DNA of 64,000 bases from Babesia bigemina (lineage: Eukaryota), in NCBI RefSeq assembly GCF_000981445.1, contig NC_027218.1:2480001-2544000 (forward strand). The letters are read 5' to 3'. Below, one piece after another: positions 58,252-64,000 of this stretch. Below the pieces are notes generated by a model. The model was not told the origin of the DNA, ran no database searches, and saw nothing but the letters and a program-made list of their open reading frames with translations. How positions within the stretch are numbered: the first letter of the stretch is position 1; every line of letters starts with the position of its first letter. A program made the translations under genes and the position numbers.

Positions 58252-61200
58252 ATGTCGCTCCAAAGAAAATAACGGACTGTTCGGAGAATCTCTATGAGCC
58301 CATCGACTGGTTGATCCAGGTTAGGTATGGGAATGGTGACAGTGATGGTCTTGATGAGTTGGCAAAAGCTTTGAAAAAGTTGATTGAGGAGGCTATTGAG
58401 AAGGCTACTAAGTCCCTCCAAGCCGAAAAAGATAAACTTGAATGCCCTGTTAAGTATACTGGACATCCCTCTAACTGTGCCTATATTGATACGCTGATTG
58501 AGAAGGCTGGAAAATCTAAAAATCCAAATGGTCTTAATAAAGAACAACTTGTAAAAAACAAACAACACTGCCAGAATAACCATGAATACTATCGTTCCGA
58601 TGCCCAGAAAAAAGCCTTGCAGGACATTAAAGAGCGTGAGACTCAACTCAAAGATCTTACTAATAAGCTTAGCATATTTACTGAAAATGGTCATCAAAAA
58701 TGCACTGAGTTACTTAATAACCTCTGCTCTGGCCTCGAAACCTTCCTCGGCTTTAACCCTGAGACAAAAGGCTACGACGGCAGTGGCATTGTGTACTCTG
58801 ACTTGGATAGGCTGTGTGATGCAGTGATGGGATTTTTGAGTGGTGTGCTTGGTGCGGTGAAAGATGATGAAGCAGTTAAAACGTACGATAATATGATGAG
58901 TAATAAGCTTGAAAAGGTACTAGAAGAGGTAAATAAAAAAATTGGCTCCGGGCGTGAAGGGCTTGCGGTGTCTGTCGCCGCGGTGAAGGAGTGGTTGGAG
59001 GGGTATGGGAATAAAGTAGATGAAAAAACAAATAATGTCATTACGAACTTAAAAACACTTAGAACTAACATAAATTTTAATATTAGTGAGCTTAGTAAAT
59101 TAGATAATTTTGATATAGCTTGGCCCGTGTGGAGGGACACTGTGATCGGTAAGCTGAACGAAACGTTGCAGAATGCCACGTTGGCTATTGAGAAACTTGA
59201 TAAACCATTGCAGGTTAAAATCCGAAACGAGTTCGATGAGATTACGTTACGCATTCATGAATTGGATAGGGGTGCAAAGAGCGATGAGAAGGAAATTGAG
59301 ATGCTAGGAAGAAATGTTGAAACGCATCTTGAGGAGCTTTATAGAGACGTGGAACATAAGGCTTTTGAACTCGAAAGAAAGTGTATTCTGGGTATACAAA
59401 AATCGTTTAATGAGGATATTCAGGCGCCTATAAATATCGTTAGTGCGACATTGGAGGAGGTACGTAAAAAACTAAGTAGATGGGGGGAAAAGGCGCAGTT
59501 AATTGTAACGGCGGCAAGATACAAGGCGGAGCAAATATTAACAAAAATAGACAAGAATAAACATTCAAGCACGGAACATCAAAACGTCGTGTCGGCTGCA
59601 AATGCCTTGCACAAGAAAGCCGGTATACTTCTGAAGGCCATAGAGGATACTAGGAAGAAGGCAGCAGACGAAGTTACCGGAGCTCTCTCGGAAGTCGTGA
59701 AAACAAACAATGCTCTACGGTATGAGTTGAATGGAGTGAAAGAAAAAATTATGGAGAAAGTTAGAGATTATGTTAATCGGCAGTTGAAGGGGGTTGACCA
59801 ACTTGATAAATTGGATAAGAAAGTGAAAGAGGGATTGGTGTCGCTGCAAAGCCATATTTTAGGTGATTTGAATACTTATTTTGAAGGTTTGGGGGAAACT
59901 ATCATTACCGCTGCCACTTATGCAACAGATCCGTGGGGATCGGTGCCCAGGAAAGGGCTTCAGGCACTGGGTGATCAGCTCCGAGATACTGGACTAGGCA
60001 CGTTACCAGATGTGCTCACTAAACTCGCCACTGAAAAAACGAATTCTGCTACCAAACTTTTTTCTAGTACTATAGAAAATTTACTAATGCATATTAAAGA
60101 AGCGTCGAACGGGCAATTTTCAGGTGGTGGCACCCTTACTAATCCCACATTCAAGGAGCTCACAGAAGCCATTACTAGCGGGTTAGAAGGAGCTATTAAA
60201 ACCGAGGTCGCTAAGCACATTGGTGACGATGAGCTTGCGATTTCTCCAAAAATTGGCACCACTCTCATGAAGGAATTTGACGGGGGCGACAAGAAAGTCA
60301 AAACGTTGCTTGAAAGCGGTATAGAGGGTATGGTTACGGGAATTTTGGAAGAAAAGATTGGAAAGGGTGAAGATACGGATGACGGTAAAGTCACCATTAC
60401 TAAAGCCAATTTCAGCAGCTATTACGATTGCATTAAACAAGATGGATTTACCGCCAAAACAATTCTATCCGGCAGTGCGAGTGAAGGAACATTGCCAGAT
60501 AAGATTGGCAATATTAAGAGAATTGTGATTGCGGCATTATCTGTTAATGAAGGCACTAAACCCATAGACAGCACTGCTCTCAAGTCAGCCCTTGCAGCGT
60601 TCAATAGTAAGTTTGAAATTTTCACCGATACTATAAAGAAATGTGTTGTAAATGAACAGAGTATGCATGATATAGAGAAGAAAGGCGTTAAGGGTTTGCT
60701 CACCGATCTTAAGACCATGCTAACGGAAGATAGCGTTCAAAATCTTAATTATGATATTCAGTACGGCTTGACTAAACTTCAGAAAGATATAGACGGTATT
60801 CTCGGCACAAATGGCCGGGTCAACTCTGCGAACCTTGGAAAAATAATTGCCGCAGGCACTGAATTTCACGCGAAAAAAATTGACAAGCATCTCGCAGATT
60901 GCTTCTCCGACATTGCTGCATTTCTTGAAACGCGATGTGATTCTAAAATAAACTCAATAAAACATGAAGCTCTATATCGCCATCGCGATGCTACCAAACA
61001 GCAGTTGGAAATTTTGAATAGAGGTGTTAGGGACAGGGTTGACGATATCAAAAGTATTATTGACACTGATGTAAAAACCGGCGTTAAAGGTCTCATGAGA
61101 TGGATGGGAGGAGAGTTGGATGCGTCTGGAGCTAAAAGTTCAACAAATAAGCTTGACGATCTAAAAACCACTGTAATGTCATCGGACAATATTTACGAAA

Positions 61201-62486
61201 AATTCAAAAAATTATCGGAATCATTTAGATATTACTTTGGTCTTATCTACAGGCATATTAAATATGAAGTCAACGACCCAACCAAACAGCTAAGCAAAAT
61301 CAAAACCAACTTCGACAAATTACTTAATCATTTAAGTGCCTCAAATAGCACTAAAAAGTATAATTACGATAAAACTTTCGCTGATTTACTCTCCCACCTC
61401 TCCTCCTCCCTCGCCTCTCTCCAGCCCTCCGCCTTCGCCAACCCCCGGCACCCGGAGCTGCTCGATGCGGTCAAAAAGGGGCTGCAGGGGTTTGTCACGG
61501 AGATGGGGAGGGTGTATGTGAACAAGTACGAGGGAGCTCAGGCAATCAATTGGAACGAAAAAGAATCTTATGACAACGTTAATTTTGCGAAAATAACGCT
61601 AACTATAATTGACCTCCTGGAGCGTGATCTTGGTAAGCTGAAAGTAGATTGCTCCGTAAATACCAGGATGCAAACTAAAATTATTTTGAATAATTTGCTT
61701 GGTAAGTGGTTCCAGAATTGCGGTTTTAGAGTGTCGGCTGATGAAAGTAGGCAGATGAGTGAACTGCACCGGAAAAAAGGGACGTCGGACCTAAAAGCCA
61801 TACTTATCGGCGGTTACAAACAACTTTACAACACCGACAAAAACAAGCCAGGCACGCTTCTGTATCATATTCACAACTACAGCAGCGTATGCCATCTCGC
61901 TATGCGTCCCAAACCGCAGCCCCCAACAACCATCAACGCAATGCTCCACTGGCTTGCCGGGCTGTATTGGAATCCAATGTATAGCAAAATAGAGAGCCAT
62001 ATCCCACAATGGTATGATGCGCTGACAGCGGGGTACAATCTAAAGGACGGCAACTTATCCGTTGCCGTTCCATCCAGGGCCACCATAAGTAAGAAAGGAA
62101 CCATAAACCATACATTTGTCGGACAACCGCTTAACACGGTAACTAACCGCCCGTATCAGATACTGGTTCGCATCCTCGGCCATGGCCATGCGGGTGGCAG
62201 TTATGCCTGTGAATTGTTTACCAACCCGGACGATCTAGACTATCCAGGGAATGCTGGTGCGTGCTTCGATTTACTTGTAGAAGTATTGTTTAGAGTTTAT
62301 CAACAAATATGATTACTGTATAAGCAATGCCTCGATGGCGAAAGCAGAAGCGCCTGGGCCGAGTGTTATTACGGCAAAGGTGTCGGCTGCTCAGATTGGC
62401 GATGCAACCATAACCAATGTTCCAAGCAAAAAAGCAATAGAATGGCTAACCAACACTGCGTTCAAAAGTACCAACCCAACACCTAA
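58252..62486 (+). pseudogene. ves1a-like pseudogene: start out of frame, premature TGA at 62310, 3'-truncated
   Basis: APKKITDCSENLYEPIDWLIQ is homologous to the 14355 gene, but ATG 58252 is out of frame. Homology continues past the TGA (LLYKQC...WAECYYGKGVGCSDWRCN) and ends at ~62486 without the C-terminal block or TM. Confidence 0.85.
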
Positions 62487-63152
62487 CCCATAGTTCTGTC
62501 GACACGTTGAGATATTCTCACTTTGTCATGTTTAGTTGCGCGTTACTTGTGAGACGTGTCTACGTCATCCTGCCCACCCAGTGCAATGTGAAGCTGTGTT
62601 GTTGGCCATCAAGGTAGGCGATTGGCGATGGTCGTAGTCGGTTAGATGCTACGTTGTTGCGGAGCTACTAGTTGCAATGTCGGTAATGTGCGACACTACG
62701 CAGTGGATGCCGTTGGCATTTTTCGTGGTCAGTAGACGGCGTAGTTATGAGAGGGATGGTAACAGCGTAAATGACAAGCAGATTAACCAAACACTATGCC
62801 TATTTCACGGACTCATGATGAAACAAATATTATCGCATTTATGGGCGGCGGCAACGTTGTACGGTCCGTGATGGATGTAAGTGCCTGTGCAATTGTGATG
62901 ACATTTGACCCGCATGCCACCGACAGGATACTGTCAACATGCGGTAACTAAGCGATACTTTAATGATAATAGCTGCACAACTGTGATTTAATTGACGGTG
63001 CTTTGGATGGCGGTCACCGGCTTGGTGATGGAGCCGATGGGAGACGGCCAGTATCCGAGACTGAGGTAAGCGGTTCATGAGAGGTTGGTGAGTGCGTTGC
63101 TTGAGTGATTGATATGTCTGCAGGTTGAGGGGACTGGGAGGGAGAGGGGAAG

Positions 63153-63719
63153 ATGTCGGGGGGGAGGACGTACAGGCCAGGTGATGCTTGTACGGAGTGT
63201 AATATTGGATGTCAAAAATCAGTAGTATGTAATTGCTGTCCCTGGTGTTGCGAGAAATGTAAGACTAGCAATTGCTATGAATGTTGGTTTGATCACTATA
63301 AGCGCACTAATGGCCTGGAGTCTTACAAGTGCGAAACATGGAAATGTGAGAAACAATGTAAAGGCAAAGAAAAGACATGTCAATGTACATGTTGTCAACA
63401 GAAATGTAGAAATCAACAAGTTGACTCCTGCAAAGCCCCCGCTCCACGCTCTCTCTCTGGTTCCTCCGATTCTCAGCTTCAAGCCGCCAGTCAAGCGCAG
63501 TTGTCCGATCCTCCCACTGAAGAAAGTCTCACTGGTGTCCCTGGTACAGAAGCCTCCACACCTTTTTCCCCTGATCCCCAAGTCATCGCCGCCGTCGTCG
63601 TTGCCCTCATCGTCGCCATCATCCTGCTCGACCTGTGCATCTTCCGCTTTCCGGTGGGCCGCAACATCCGCGATTTCCTCGTCCGCAAGATACCCTTCTG
63701 CATCGCGTTCTACAGCTGA
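63153..63719 (+). CDS. Small Cys-rich single-TM protein (family copy 3, intact)
   Basis: 188 aa: Cys/Lys-rich domain with CCPWCC, S/P/Q linker, TM and tail RFPVGRNIRDFLVRKIPFCIAFYS; 5'UTR intron acceptor at 63123. Confidence 0.8.
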   Translation: MSGGRTYRPGDACTECNIGCQKSVVCNCCPWCCEKCKTSNCYECWFDHYKRTNGLESYKCETWKCEKQCKGKEKTCQCTCCQQKCRNQQVDSCKAPAPRSLSGSSDSQLQAASQAQLSDPPTEESLTGVPGTEASTPFSPDPQVIAAVVVALIVAIILLDLCIFRFPVGRNIRDFLVRKIPFCIAFYS

Positions 63720-64000
63720 TCTCAGCAATGTGTTAGCGCAATTTTCGTAATCCACATCCCACAGATCACCTAACTGGCAACTGACATCTAATGTTATAGA
63801 CAGTAATGATTGCGTTGATGATCAATCAAATGAGCAGCGAGGTGACCTAGCAACTGACCAAAGTGCTGACTTAGTAGCTGACATGGTGACTGCGCTATCT
63901 TCTGAACACTCATACAAAAAACTGCAAAACCTTTACATTTCATCGCTAAATCCTCCTGGTTAACGCCCATCTCCAATCATGCTCCACCTTCTCACTCCAG

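Overview
Eukaryotic, intron-containing DNA from an apicomplexan piroplasm, most consistent with a Babesia sensu stricto species (B. bigemina/B. ovata-like). The basis is very short GT-AG introns (~36-60 bp), compact GC3-rich housekeeping genes and large VESA-like variant antigen genes. A ~30 kb core block (27-57 kb) holds TMEM43-like, DAG kinase, crooked-neck, a mitochondrial-type double-AP2 protein, Med14-like, SF3B5, TMEM94-like, Leo1, THOC7-like, RAP, p23, RPS6, V-ATPase D and RPL18. It is flanked by two accessory ves-like clusters (about 3-26.5 kb and 58-64 kb) with intact and pseudogenised VESA-like genes and a three-copy family of small Cys-rich single-TM genes. The most notable observations are: (1) a 5'-truncated restriction-like-endonuclease (RLE) fragment of a non-LTR retrotransposon at 3005-3496, in a lineage usually described as lacking transposons; (2) a p23 co-chaperone fused to a 41-Cys metallothionein-like tail; (3) an intronic box C/D snoRNA in RPL18 with two LSU-rRNA antisense elements; (4) a mammalian RRBP1/p180-like NQGKKAEGAQ repeat inside a ves-like pseudogene; (5) a repeated ves-associated Cys-rich gene cassette. 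All family assignments come from motif recognition by eye; no database searches were run.
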